Positions 1-9,919 of a DNA stretch of 64,000 nt are shown piece by piece. The notes under the pieces were generated by a model, which did not search any database, was not told the origin of the DNA, and saw only the letters and a list, made by a program, of their open reading frames with translations. Positions within the stretch are counted from its first letter, which is position 1. Every line of letters begins with the position of its first letter. The translations under genes and the position numbers were made by a program. This DNA comes from an uncultured Mariniphaga sp. (GTDB taxonomy: Bacteria; Bacteroidota; Bacteroidia; Bacteroidales; Prolixibacteraceae), in the NCBI GenBank assembly GCA_964540165.1, contig CAZILU010000002.1:1790-65789 (forward strand), given 5' to 3'.

Positions 1-7
1 CAGTTAC

Positions 8-667
8 ATGGGCAACGACCCGAACGGATTCGAGGTCGCGCCGGTGCGGCGTTACCTGAATGAAAAGGGCATGACGGTTGTGACGCTGAAATACCGCACC
101 CCGCGCCCCTTGGACGGGCTTGCCAAACACACCACGGCATGGCAGGACCTGCAACGCGCCATCCGGATTGTGCGCAGCGAGGCGGCAGCAAAGGGACTGG
201 ATCCGGATCGCATCGGCATCATGGGTTCCTCGGCGGGCGGGCATCTGACGCTCATGGGCGCAACAAGTTCGCAGCACCGCTCATATTGGCCGGTTGATGA
301 CATTGACAAGATTCCCTGCAACGTGCAGTGGGCAGTGGCAATCTATCCCGCGTATGCGCTGACAGACGGCGCGGAGAAGCCGAACGCGCAGGGCGGCAAC
401 GAGGACGATGCACGGCTTGTGCCGGAGTTCGCGTTCGACACCGCGACCTGTCCGGTACTGTTCATTCACGGAGACGCGGACGGCTGGGCGGCGATGAACT
501 CGGTGAAGTGCTGGGAGCAACTCCGCCGTATGGGAATACAGTCCGATCTGCACACACTTGTCGGGCGTCCCCACTGCTTTCAGCGGAAAGCTGCCCCGGG
601 TACGGGCAGTTACACATGGATGGAACGCATTTCGGAATTTATGAACCACAAGGGGTTCAACAAGTAA
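8..667 (+). CDS. Alpha/beta-hydrolase esterase (xylan esterase/BD-FAE-like); probably 5'-truncated by the window edge
   Basis: GIMGSSAGGHL nucleophile elbow (GxSxG), LFIHGDAD and C-terminal PHCF acid/His region. Confidence 0.85.
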   Translation: MGNDPNGFEVAPVRRYLNEKGMTVVTLKYRTPRPLDGLAKHTTAWQDLQRAIRIVRSEAAAKGLDPDRIGIMGSSAGGHLTLMGATSSQHRSYWPVDDIDKIPCNVQWAVAIYPAYALTDGAEKPNAQGGNEDDARLVPEFAFDTATCPVLFIHGDADGWAAMNSVKCWEQLRRMGIQSDLHTLVGRPHCFQRKAAPGTGSYTWMERISEFMNHKGFNK

Positions 668-733
668 AAAAGGACGTTCGGAAAAGCTAAGTAATCTGAT
701 GGAAATATAAGTATGAACAAAAAAGGTTATACT

Positions 734-1960
734 ATGAAGAAAATAATGATGCTCATCGCCGGCATGGCAATTGTCCTGGGATGCAGCACGATCCGCAACG
801 TGCAGGAGGGTTCGGGAACCACCTTCGCGAAAAACGCGCTCACGCCTTTCGTTGAAACCGGGCAACTTCCGGGTGCGATTAACGTCTTTTACAAGAACGG
901 CTTGCAGGAAAACGCCTGTGTCGGCTATGCAGACGTTGCGGCGAAGCGTCCGATCACGATGGACGACGTCTATATGCAGTGCTCGCAGACAAAGGGCTTC
1001 TGCGGCGTAACCATCGCCATCCTCATTGAGGAAGGCAAAATCGCACTCGACGATCCCGTTTCGAAGTATCTGCCGGAATTCAAAGAACTCTGGGTACACA
1101 AATCCACCACCGACAGCATGAAGACACTCGTCAGGGCGAAGAACACGCTCACCATCCGCATGGTCATGAATCACACCGGCGGTTTTCCGTTTGAGATTAG
1201 CGCAAAGCAGGGCAAGATCAAGGGCGGCGGATGGTCTGGCGGCGCGCCGCTCCGACAGACGGCGGCCATTGCGGCGGCATGTCCGCTGCTCTTCGAACCC
1301 GGCACGAAGGAGAAGTATTCTAACACCGGCATCGATATAGGCGCGGCCATCGTGGAGGTGGTGACCGGCATGCGCTGGGAGGACTTCCTAAAGGCGCGTG
1401 TCCTCGATCCGCTCGGCATGGCGTCCAGCTCGTTCTGGCCGACAAACAAGCAGCTTGAGACGCAGGTGGAGATGTACGACTGCGTGAAAGATGCGCCCGC
1501 GAAGCACCGCGTGCAGAACGATATGCAGCAGCGGCCTTACAACGACGCCCACGTCTTTGCATCGGCGGGCGCGGGGCTCTGGACAACCGCGAACGACCAG
1601 CTCAAATTCTACAAGATGCTCATGAACCTTGGCATGGGCGAGAACGGCGTGAGGATACTCAAGGAAGAGACCGTCAGGGAACTACTCGCAAAATCAACGC
1701 GCCCGAAAGGGATGGGCGGTTATTCGCTCGGCCTCTCCGCACCGGAAGTAGATACGGAGGACGCCTGGTTCGGGCATGGCGGCGCATGGGGCACGAACTG
1801 TATGGTCAACTGGCATCGCAAGGAACTGAAGCTGTGGGCTGTGCAGCTCTGTGGCGACCCGCGACCCTGGGATGCGGCCCGTTCGGAGGCGGAGACCAAA
1901 TTTTTTAAATACGCCATCGACAACGCCGGCACCGACGCTTTTACCGGCCGTGTAAAGTAA
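734..1960 (+). CDS. Serine hydrolase of the beta-lactamase/class C-like family, probable lipoprotein
   Basis: SQTK (SxxK), YSN (YxN) and WFGHGG motifs; signal MKKIMMLIAGMAIVLGC; start set at ATG 734 rather than 713. Confidence 0.85.
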   Translation: MKKIMMLIAGMAIVLGCSTIRNVQEGSGTTFAKNALTPFVETGQLPGAINVFYKNGLQENACVGYADVAAKRPITMDDVYMQCSQTKGFCGVTIAILIEEGKIALDDPVSKYLPEFKELWVHKSTTDSMKTLVRAKNTLTIRMVMNHTGGFPFEISAKQGKIKGGGWSGGAPLRQTAAIAAACPLLFEPGTKEKYSNTGIDIGAAIVEVVTGMRWEDFLKARVLDPLGMASSSFWPTNKQLETQVEMYDCVKDAPAKHRVQNDMQQRPYNDAHVFASAGAGLWTTANDQLKFYKMLMNLGMGENGVRILKEETVRELLAKSTRPKGMGGYSLGLSAPEVDTEDAWFGHGGAWGTNCMVNWHRKELKLWAVQLCGDPRPWDAARSEAETKFFKYAIDNAGTDAFTGRVK

Positions 1961-2009
1961 GTACGGAGGCGGGAAAAGTCATGGCAGGCGGGCAAGCCTG
2001 CCTCCCGGG

Positions 2010-2188
2010 GAAAACGATATCGACAAATGTTGCCGACATCAAAAAGCTTAAAGCTTCAGAAGGCAACGATATAAAAATCCACGGGAGCGGCAAACTGGCC
2101 CGGGCACTATTTAAACATGATCTGGTTGATGAATTGTGCCTCATGACTTTCCCGGTCCTACCTGGCTCGGGCAAGCGCCTATTTGATA
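2010..2188 (+). pseudogene. Fragment of a dihydrofolate reductase/RibD C-terminal family gene
   Basis: [52 protein letters not shown] matches the family's central-to-C-terminal segment; N-terminal half absent; runs into rnhB. Confidence 0.7.
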
Positions 2189-2197
2189 TTAGTGCAT

Positions 2198-2806
2198 ATG
2201 AAACATCAGTTGAGTGCTTTTTACCGTGAGGGAGTTTTGGAAGCGGGTTGCGATGAGGCGGGCCGTGGCTGCCTGGCCGGGCCGGTGGTAGCTGCTGCCG
2301 TGATCCTGCCTGCCGGCTATCATCATGCGTTGCTGAACGACTCCAAGCAGCTGACGGCAAAGCAGCGCGCAGCCCTTCGTCCGGTGATCGAGGCGGAGGC
2401 TGTTGACTGGGCTGTCGCTTCGGTGTCGCCCGAAGAGATCGACCGGATGAACATCCTGAATGCCTCCTTTCTGGCGATGAGTCGCGCGGTGCAGCAACTG
2501 AGAACCGTTCCGGAGCACCTGCTCATCGACGGGAACCGGTTCAAAACGTCGCTCGACATACCCTATACCTGCATGGTGAAGGGCGATGCCCGGTTTCTCT
2601 CCATCGCAGCCGCATCGGTGTTAGCCAAAACCTGGCGCGATGCCTATATGGAGCAGATCGATCAGGAGTTTCCTGAATACCGGTGGATGAAAAACCGGGG
2701 CTATCCCACCCGGGAACACTACGAAGCCATTGCCCGGATAGGGATTACGGTTCATCACCGGCGGTCGTTTAAATTATTTCACGATCAATTGAAACTGCCT
2801 TTCTAA
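2198..2806 (+). CDS. rnhB: Ribonuclease HII
   Basis: [45 protein letters not shown] motifs. Confidence 0.97.
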   Translation: MKHQLSAFYREGVLEAGCDEAGRGCLAGPVVAAAVILPAGYHHALLNDSKQLTAKQRAALRPVIEAEAVDWAVASVSPEEIDRMNILNASFLAMSRAVQQLRTVPEHLLIDGNRFKTSLDIPYTCMVKGDARFLSIAAASVLAKTWRDAYMEQIDQEFPEYRWMKNRGYPTREHYEAIARIGITVHHRRSFKLFHDQLKLPF

Positions 2807-2916
2807 ATGATTTTATAACTTAGCCCCTTGAAACAGTTGCAACGCATCTGCCCGGCAAAGAAAACCCGGAAGTGCGGGCCGCGGGTTTCCGGGGATTAAC
2901 TTAACAAGAGTGACCA

Positions 2917-3792
2917 ATGAGATCAATCGTGATTGTTTTTTTGCTGCTTTTCCCGCTTCTTGTCATCGGACAGGAGAATGGCGTGATTACCTATGGCGTG
3001 AACGGAGTCGTTAGCCCGGAGAGCAGTCCGGTGCTGAAAAAGGAGGTGAAGTACCGCGGAAAAAAAAGGGCCCGGGTGCGTACCTATAAAATGATGGATA
3101 AGAAGTGGCGGTTGCTCTTTACTGAAACAATCTCAATGACTGATCCCGACATCTATGCCATCCGGATAAAGGGTACCGGTTTTGTTGAAACGGTTGTCCG
3201 GCAGTTTGAAAAGCAGTCCGACGGGCTCTGGCTATTCACCGACAGCAGCGAGGGTGTGAAGAAGCGGGCCGGCACTACCACCACCCAAATACCCCTCACC
3301 TTTCACGGTACGGTGACCGAATATTTTGCCAACGGCAATGTGAAATCAAAATCGGTTTACGATAATAACCGGTTGATATCTAATGAAAACTGGCAGGAGG
3401 GTGGTGAGAAGTACATCGATGATGTCTTCTACTCGGTCGATCGCGAGCCGGTTTTTCTCCGGGGTAACCAACTGTTGCACCAGCATATCCTGCAGGTTTT
3501 TAAGGAGTCGAACTACGACTTGTCGCAGTTAGAAGGACGCATGGTGGTGGGGTTTGTGGTGACGGAGAACGGTGAGATTGACGGCATTCGCATTGAACGG
3601 GGCATGGGCAGGGTGATGAACAACCTGGCCGTTCAGGCTTTCAGTACCCTCTCCGGGAAGTGGCAGCCCGCCCTTCTCAACGGCGAGGAGGTGCGGTTCT
3701 ATCAGCTCTTTCCGATTAACTTTATCTATCGATCGGTCGATGTTGACATGCTGGAGCTCCGGGGCCCTATGCTCTACTGGGATGTCAATTAG
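2917..3792 (+). CDS. TonB C-terminal domain protein with MORN-like segment and signal peptide
   Basis: VVGFVVTENGEIDGIRI...KWQPALLNGEEV...PINF TonB_C pattern; EYFANGNVKSK MORN-like stretch. Confidence 0.75.
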   Translation: MRSIVIVFLLLFPLLVIGQENGVITYGVNGVVSPESSPVLKKEVKYRGKKRARVRTYKMMDKKWRLLFTETISMTDPDIYAIRIKGTGFVETVVRQFEKQSDGLWLFTDSSEGVKKRAGTTTTQIPLTFHGTVTEYFANGNVKSKSVYDNNRLISNENWQEGGEKYIDDVFYSVDREPVFLRGNQLLHQHILQVFKESNYDLSQLEGRMVVGFVVTENGEIDGIRIERGMGRVMNNLAVQAFSTLSGKWQPALLNGEEVRFYQLFPINFIYRSVDVDMLELRGPMLYWDVN

Positions 3793-3934
3793 CCTCTTAT
3801 TGCCTCCCGTTGCCTTCCGTCTAACCAGGCATTCCTCTGCCGATGCCGAGGCGATAGCTTCTTTCATTGCCCTGCACGGTACTCCTTTCCCCGACCAGGG
3901 AACGATTCCGGCAAGCCGCTATTCCCGGTAATCA

Positions 3935-6523
3935 TTATCGGTTGAAGCAGTCTCTCTTTAGCTCCATCGGCTCTGTCGTGGATATTCCGCCGGCAGAGAC
4001 CCTTTCTGATCCATGTTCCTTCCAAAGAATAAGATCATTACCCAGACGGATGGCAAGGCCTCCTTCGGCGTCAACGAAACGGGCGTTCATCAGCGCTTTG
4101 TCCAGGCTCTCTATCCTTTCGATTTCGCGAATCTCCACCTCCCGACGCGGTGTTGACGGGCGTTGCGGCCTCTCCGGGGGTGTCTGTTTCGTACGGTCAA
4201 CACACAGCACGGTGACAAACCGTTGCGACTGTGCCGGACTGGTGGTTGATGCCGTCAGGTGATACTGATTGTGGAAGCGGGTGGAGTCGTGTGCCTGCGG
4301 GGTGAACCCGGTGTGCTGGCTGAATGTGATCTCATCAGGCATCAGAAAGCGGGTGGTGAGCCGCACGTTGCCCGAACGATTTTCAGTGATCAGCGCCTGC
4401 CGGTCGGCACGGATTTCGGTCGGACTGTGCAGCAGCCACTGGAAGGTTGACTCTTTTCCGGCGGTCTTCAGATCGTCGATAATCACGAAGTAGTTTGGCC
4501 GGATGAAGAGCACATGCCGGTGAAAGCGCTCCAGCCGCCCGCCATAAGCCTGCGTGGCATCGCCGGTCGTGGCAACGCAGTCGCCCAGGTCCCTGTAGTA
4601 TATAATCTCTCCTTTCGACTCCCGGCTCCGGGTGGTCTGTCCCTCGTGGTCGACCAGCATACTGTTGTGCGCTTTGGTGTTCCACATCCACTCCCGGTGG
4701 TGATCGGAGCCGTGTACCTGTCGTGAGCCGGTGCTGATGGCCAGCGGTTCGCCGTACGCTTCGATGACAAACGCATTTTGACAGGCATGATTGTGGCTCT
4801 GGGCACCAAAGGGATTGCTCTGGAAGAGCATCAGTACGTTTTCGGCCGGATCGGCCATGTGGCTGTGCATGGTTACCAGGCCGACATCCTTAAAGAGGGC
4901 TGATTGTGGAATATCTTCCGGCTTTTTTGCCACTACGGAGCTGTCTGTGAAGAGGAAGGCATCGCGGCCCGAGGCGCTGTTCACTTCCGAAACATTGGCA
5001 TGCCAGCGGTAGTAAGGATTTTTGTAGAGGGCAGAGAGGTTATACATGAGCTGTCCGTGGCCGCTGCCCAGCGGTTCAGAGAGACCGTCGCCAAAGGCTT
5101 TGGTGGGCCGGTATGGGTAGGCGGCATAGAGGCCGAAGTTGCCGGTATTGCGAAAGAAAGGTTTCTCTTTTAAGGGGATCCCGAACCGGTCCAGTTGGGC
5201 AACTACCCGGATCATCCGGCGCATGTAGCTTCCCCAGTAGCTGATCCCTTCGTTCCACCCGCCATCGGTTTTTGACCAGGCAGGGTAGGTGCTCCAGAGA
5301 AGCTTCAGGGTGTAGTCGAGCCAGTCGGCCACCGCCGGCACGTCGTGTGCCAGGGCGATGCTCCCCTCTACGACAAAGCCGACCATCCGGCCGGGGTGGC
5401 TGGAGAAGGGGCTGGTCTCCATCGGGCGGTTCCGGTGTACAAAGTAGCTGATCTGGTGCATGCGTGCTGCCAATACCTCGAGGCACTTCTTCCGCTCCTC
5501 CTCACTGAGAACCGGGTAGATCCAGTCGAACACCGGCGGGGCGTTCTCGGCGATGTCCATGCCCAGCTCGGTGGGGAAGATGGCGCGGGAGGGGCCCTCC
5601 ACATCCCAGGTCATGAAGTGCATCAGCCGCCGTTTGGCCTCCAGCGCAAAACGCTCGTCGCCGGTATAGATATAGGCCAGCGCGGAGGTGACCATCCGCT
5701 GGGTGTAGGGGCGCATGGCCGACCAGGCTTTGACATAGGCCATCCGGGGATCGTCTGACTCCTCCCATGGACGGGGCTCTTCGAAGAGGGGCTCTTCCCT
5801 CTCCAGGATCTCCTCTGCCTGACGGATAACGCCGTCGGTGATGGCAGCGTAGCGACCCTCCCGGTCGGCGCGGATCTCCGTCACCAGCGCCGGGGTGAAG
5901 TGCAGCCGCGGGCGTTCAGCGGGTATGCGCCGCAGCACCTCATCGATGGGAATGAAGGGAAAGGCCACCGCATCGCCGGGTATGGTGAAGGAGCGGCTGC
6001 GGCTGTAGTGTGCCTCCCGGCCTCCGGAGACACCATAGCGCCAGTGCCATGTGCCGGGCGCCATCGTTGTCGTGGGGATATGCACCGTCATCGTCAGATC
6101 TTCGATGGTCACGGTTTCATCCGGATCGAAATCGGCCGACGGAGCATACTGCAGCGTGTAGCTCTCTGCCCCCTCTGCAGGAAGCCAGATGAATGCCGGC
6201 GGATTGACAACCTGTACCTCCCCGTCGGCCGGCCGGTAGTCGATCTCATCTTCCGACGGCGGCCGGTCCAGAAATTTCTCCTCAGGGACTTGCCGGCACG
6301 AACCAAAGAGCAGTACCGCAAGAGTCAGGGTAGCAAGCCTATGGAAGATCCTCTGAAGATTATTACGGACTGCTTTTTGCTCTCCGGGCCCGCATGAACT
6401 GATGATTGTCGGGGTAACGCCGGCATCCGTTGTTCGTTGATCTTCGCTTCGGGAATTTCCGCTCCACCGTATTTTCTTTGTTTGATGCGGAAGCGGGTGA
6501 TCTGGATTTATTTTCTTTATCAT
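3935..6523 (-). CDS. DUF4962 / heparinase II/III-family polysaccharide lyase, lipoprotein (start uncertain)
   Basis: GGWNEGISYW, HNHACQNAF and AHNSMLVD heparinase II/III-type motifs; VNPPAFIWLP DUF4962-like start; LLFGSC lipobox preceded by a long N-terminal extension. Confidence 0.8.
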   Translation of the reverse strand: MIKKINPDHPLPHQTKKIRWSGNSRSEDQRTTDAGVTPTIISSCGPGEQKAVRNNLQRIFHRLATLTLAVLLFGSCRQVPEEKFLDRPPSEDEIDYRPADGEVQVVNPPAFIWLPAEGAESYTLQYAPSADFDPDETVTIEDLTMTVHIPTTTMAPGTWHWRYGVSGGREAHYSRSRSFTIPGDAVAFPFIPIDEVLRRIPAERPRLHFTPALVTEIRADREGRYAAITDGVIRQAEEILEREEPLFEEPRPWEESDDPRMAYVKAWSAMRPYTQRMVTSALAYIYTGDERFALEAKRRLMHFMTWDVEGPSRAIFPTELGMDIAENAPPVFDWIYPVLSEEERKKCLEVLAARMHQISYFVHRNRPMETSPFSSHPGRMVGFVVEGSIALAHDVPAVADWLDYTLKLLWSTYPAWSKTDGGWNEGISYWGSYMRRMIRVVAQLDRFGIPLKEKPFFRNTGNFGLYAAYPYRPTKAFGDGLSEPLGSGHGQLMYNLSALYKNPYYRWHANVSEVNSASGRDAFLFTDSSVVAKKPEDIPQSALFKDVGLVTMHSHMADPAENVLMLFQSNPFGAQSHNHACQNAFVIEAYGEPLAISTGSRQVHGSDHHREWMWNTKAHNSMLVDHEGQTTRSRESKGEIIYYRDLGDCVATTGDATQAYGGRLERFHRHVLFIRPNYFVIIDDLKTAGKESTFQWLLHSPTEIRADRQALITENRSGNVRLTTRFLMPDEITFSQHTGFTPQAHDSTRFHNQYHLTASTTSPAQSQRFVTVLCVDRTKQTPPERPQRPSTPRREVEIREIERIESLDKALMNARFVDAEGGLAIRLGNDLILWKEHGSERVSAGGISTTEPMELKRDCFNR

Positions 6524-6741
6524 GTGATTTTTTTTTGCATAATGATGTGATGACAAAACCGGCAACGGTCATATCGATCTTCGGGCAGTCGTCATTGGCA
6601 TCTTCGGGTAGTTGTTATTTCGACGACGAAGGAGGAGAAATCTGTTCTTTCATGGAAAGATTTCTCACCCGGAATACCGGGATTCAAAATGACACGAAGA
6701 TTTGATTTTGTTATGTTTCTTGTGCATAATTTTTGGATCTA

Positions 6742-8211
6742 TTATTCGGAATGTTCCTTTTTGTCGCGGATAAAGAAAGGGTTGTATTGGTATTCGGAGT
6801 GTTTGGCGTAGGGCCGGTTCACTTCCGGGAGGTACTGCTGCAGCTGTTGGCGCGGAGTAGCTGACTCCGGCCGGACTGCCACGTTGAACCACTCATTCGG
6901 ATCGGTGGCATGATCGTAAAACTCCTCCGATCCGTCGCTGTAACGGATGTATCGGTACTGCTCCGTTCTGACCCCGTGGTTATTCCAGCCGTAGGTGGTG
7001 AGGGCATAGTCCTGCACCTGGTCAGCCTCTCCATGAAGAAGCGGCACGAGACTGGCACCTTCATTCTTCTCATAGGGCTCCAGGTTGCAAAGCTCCAGGA
7101 GGGTGGGGTAGATCGACAACATCTCGGCCGGAGCGTTGGTTATTTTTCCTTTTTCGATGCCTGGGCCGGCAATGATCAACGGGGCATTGGTACCCTCTTC
7201 CCACAGGCAGTGCTTGGCGAAGGTGTTCTTTTCCCCCAGCCGGTAGCCGTGGTCACCCCACAGTACGATGATGGTGTTGTCGGCGTATTTGCTGCTCTCC
7301 AGCGCTTTTACCACTTCGCCGATGTAGTGGTCGACGAAGGTTACACAGGCCAGGTAGGCCTGGACCATTTTAGGCCACTCACCGCTCTCGATGGCCCATT
7401 GGGTTGTGGGCATCATCGGCAGGTCATCCATCTCGCGGGCGATGGCCGGCAGGTCGTTCAGGTCATCTGCCCGGTAAGGGGGCGTTTCGATGTTCTCTAT
7501 CGGATGGAGGTCGAACCATTTTTGTGGAACATACCAGGGCACGTGAGGCCGCAGGAACCCTACCGCCAGGAAGAAGGGCTTGTCGTAGTCGCGGTTCAGA
7601 CGCTCAATGGCCCATTTTGCCGACTGGTAGTCGGGCATCAGAGAGTCGGTCTCGGGAAATGCACCCCAATCGGTGCCCGTATTGCCATATCCCTTCCGGT
7701 TGAGGCGGCCGTCCCATACCAGCTTTTCCGGCGGATTGGGACCAAACCCGCGCACGCGGCCACCCGACTCATCGAATACCCCTTCGGGGGCGTGGGAGTG
7801 GAAGATCTTGCCAATGCCCATCGTATGATAACCCTGATTCCGAAAGTATTCGGGGAGAAATAGCGTATTTTCGGTATAGGGATTCTCCCGGCGGATATCC
7901 TCATCTTCGATTTGCCCGTAAATACCGGTGGTGGATGGCCGGAGACCCGACATCACCGAGGCGCGCGATGGCCCGCAGAGGGGAGCCTGGCAATGGGCAT
8001 TGGAAAAGAGAACGCCCTGCGATGCCAGCCGGTCCATGTTGGGCGTGAGGGCATTGGGATGGCCCTCCAGGCAGCCAAGCCAGTCGTTCAGGTCATCAAC
8101 ACAGATCATCAGTACGTTGGGTGGAGTTTTGGTAACTTCTTTTTTCTCACGGCTGCAGGAGGATATTAGTACTGATCCTGCAAACAGCAAGGGTATCCAT
8201 AAGTTCTTCAT
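6742..8211 (-). CDS. Sulfatase, S1 family (choline/iduronate sulfatase-like), lipoprotein
   Basis: NVLMICVDDL, CGPSRAS (CxPxR), GKIFH, WGDHG; ISSC lipobox. Confidence 0.95.
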   Translation of the reverse strand: MKNLWIPLLFAGSVLISSCSREKKEVTKTPPNVLMICVDDLNDWLGCLEGHPNALTPNMDRLASQGVLFSNAHCQAPLCGPSRASVMSGLRPSTTGIYGQIEDEDIRRENPYTENTLFLPEYFRNQGYHTMGIGKIFHSHAPEGVFDESGGRVRGFGPNPPEKLVWDGRLNRKGYGNTGTDWGAFPETDSLMPDYQSAKWAIERLNRDYDKPFFLAVGFLRPHVPWYVPQKWFDLHPIENIETPPYRADDLNDLPAIAREMDDLPMMPTTQWAIESGEWPKMVQAYLACVTFVDHYIGEVVKALESSKYADNTIIVLWGDHGYRLGEKNTFAKHCLWEEGTNAPLIIAGPGIEKGKITNAPAEMLSIYPTLLELCNLEPYEKNEGASLVPLLHGEADQVQDYALTTYGWNNHGVRTEQYRYIRYSDGSEEFYDHATDPNEWFNVAVRPESATPRQQLQQYLPEVNRPYAKHSEYQYNPFFIRDKKEHSE

Positions 8212-8331
8212 AGTGCTTTTTAATTGTCTTTTATTCGTAACATCGGTGTTTTCAAATCGTTCTTATAAACCGCAGCAACCGGCGGCAGTTGTATAGTGCC
8301 TATGGCAGCTGACGGATCCTGTTCTCCGGGA

Positions 8332-9840
8332 TCACCGGATCGTTTTCTCCAGCGGCTCGGGGAGCAGGTCAAGGAAAGTGGCTCCTCGTTTTTCAAATTC
8401 GGTGAGCAGCTGCGCGCGCATCCGGAGCAGCTCTTCGTGGTGTTCCGCACGCACCGCCAGGTTAACCAGCTCATCGGGATCGCTCTTCAGGTCGTACAGC
8501 TCTTCGATGTAATCTTTATAGATGTACCGCACATATTTGTAGCTTCCCTTTCGCAACATCATCCACGACTTGGTGCCGGTGGGGGCATGTACCTCAAAAC
8601 GGTTCCAGTTTCCGGATTGGTGCGCCTTCTCTAACTCTGTGCGGATTCTCTCATTACCGTAGTTGCCGCCGGTATAGATCTGGATCATCGGCTCTTTCAG
8701 CGCATCAGATTCAGGATGATAGAGGAGATCGCTCATATCCCTTCCGTCGATGGATCCGGCCGGTTCAACCTTCCCCAGTGCATGGATGGTAGAGATGATA
8801 TCGACGCCGTTCACCGGCGCGTCCGATACCTTGCCGGCAGGAATCTTTCCGGGTTGCACAAAGATGAGCGGAACGAGCAGGTTGGCATCGTAGGGAGCCA
8901 GCTTGGCGTTGTAGCCGTGATGCCCCCACGCATAGCCGTTGTCGGAGGTGAAGATCACCACGGTGTTGTCTAACTGTCCGGTGGCTTCGAGCGCCTGCAT
9001 GATACGGCCTATCCCTTCATCGATGGCCCGCACCGCCTCGTTGTACTGCTTTACCCAGCTGTCTAACGGCCGGTTCCGGTAGAACGGCCTGCCCGTTTCC
9101 GGATCTTTCTTGTTGGTCTCCAGGTGGATCATATTATCCGGCTTGTCGGGCCGTGGAGCGTAGATATCTTTGGGATACTCCATCTCGGGTGCCTCTCCGT
9201 ACGACCCGATGTGGCGGTCGGCGGGGGTATAGGGACCGTGCACCGCACCGTAACATACCCAGAAATACCAGGGCTGACCGGGCTCCCCGGCCCGCTCTTT
9301 CAGAAACTGAATGGTCAGGTCGGTGTAAGCATCCGTACTGTACTGCTCCAGCTCCATCAGGGTGTCGCCATGCATCCGCAGGCTTTGATCCCAGTAGTAG
9401 TTTTTTTGATTTTCGGGCAGGTGGTGCTCCCATACCGCCGACCAGTCCCAGGTCTCATCGTGCCTTGGCACATCCCAGTGCCACTTGCCGATCATCCCGG
9501 TATAGTACCCGTTCTTTCGGAAGTTCACCGGCCAGAACAGGGTCTCTTTGGTGTAGTTGTGCTGGAAATTCCCGGTGAGTGCCGATCCGCGCGACGGAAC
9601 GCACTTGGGACCGGTATAGGCAGAGGTAAAGCGTACCCCCTGCTCCGCCAGCCGGTCGATGTTGGGCGTTTCCACCCACGGGTAGGAGCCGGGGTAGCAG
9701 CCGATGGTGCGGGCCGACTGGTCATCGGTGAAGATGTAGAGGATGTTGGGACGGCGCGGCTCTTCCGGAGCGCTGCCACAGGCTGCCAGGGCTGTGAAGC
9801 CGGCCAGCATTACCATGGAAAAAAGTGGTTTGATCTGCAT
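8332..9840 (-). CDS. Sulfatase, S1 family, lipoprotein
   Basis: PNILYIFTDDQ, CVPSRGS, GKWH, FTSDNG; LAAC lipobox; start set at ATG 9840. Confidence 0.93.
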   Translation of the reverse strand: MQIKPLFSMVMLAGFTALAACGSAPEEPRRPNILYIFTDDQSARTIGCYPGSYPWVETPNIDRLAEQGVRFTSAYTGPKCVPSRGSALTGNFQHNYTKETLFWPVNFRKNGYYTGMIGKWHWDVPRHDETWDWSAVWEHHLPENQKNYYWDQSLRMHGDTLMELEQYSTDAYTDLTIQFLKERAGEPGQPWYFWVCYGAVHGPYTPADRHIGSYGEAPEMEYPKDIYAPRPDKPDNMIHLETNKKDPETGRPFYRNRPLDSWVKQYNEAVRAIDEGIGRIMQALEATGQLDNTVVIFTSDNGYAWGHHGYNAKLAPYDANLLVPLIFVQPGKIPAGKVSDAPVNGVDIISTIHALGKVEPAGSIDGRDMSDLLYHPESDALKEPMIQIYTGGNYGNERIRTELEKAHQSGNWNRFEVHAPTGTKSWMMLRKGSYKYVRYIYKDYIEELYDLKSDPDELVNLAVRAEHHEELLRMRAQLLTEFEKRGATFLDLLPEPLEKTIR

Positions 9841-9919
9841 ACGTTTTGTTGCTAAATGGTGATATTTTTCTGTCCGTATTTGTCTGGTTTTGCCGGTCCA
9901 AAGTGCCGGGTTCCCGGCG

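Noticed and set aside
734-1960. Antibiotic-resistance beta-lactamase
   Set aside because: SxxK/YxN are shared by the esterase-rich serine hydrolase superfamily; HGG replaces KTG and the neighbour is an esterase.
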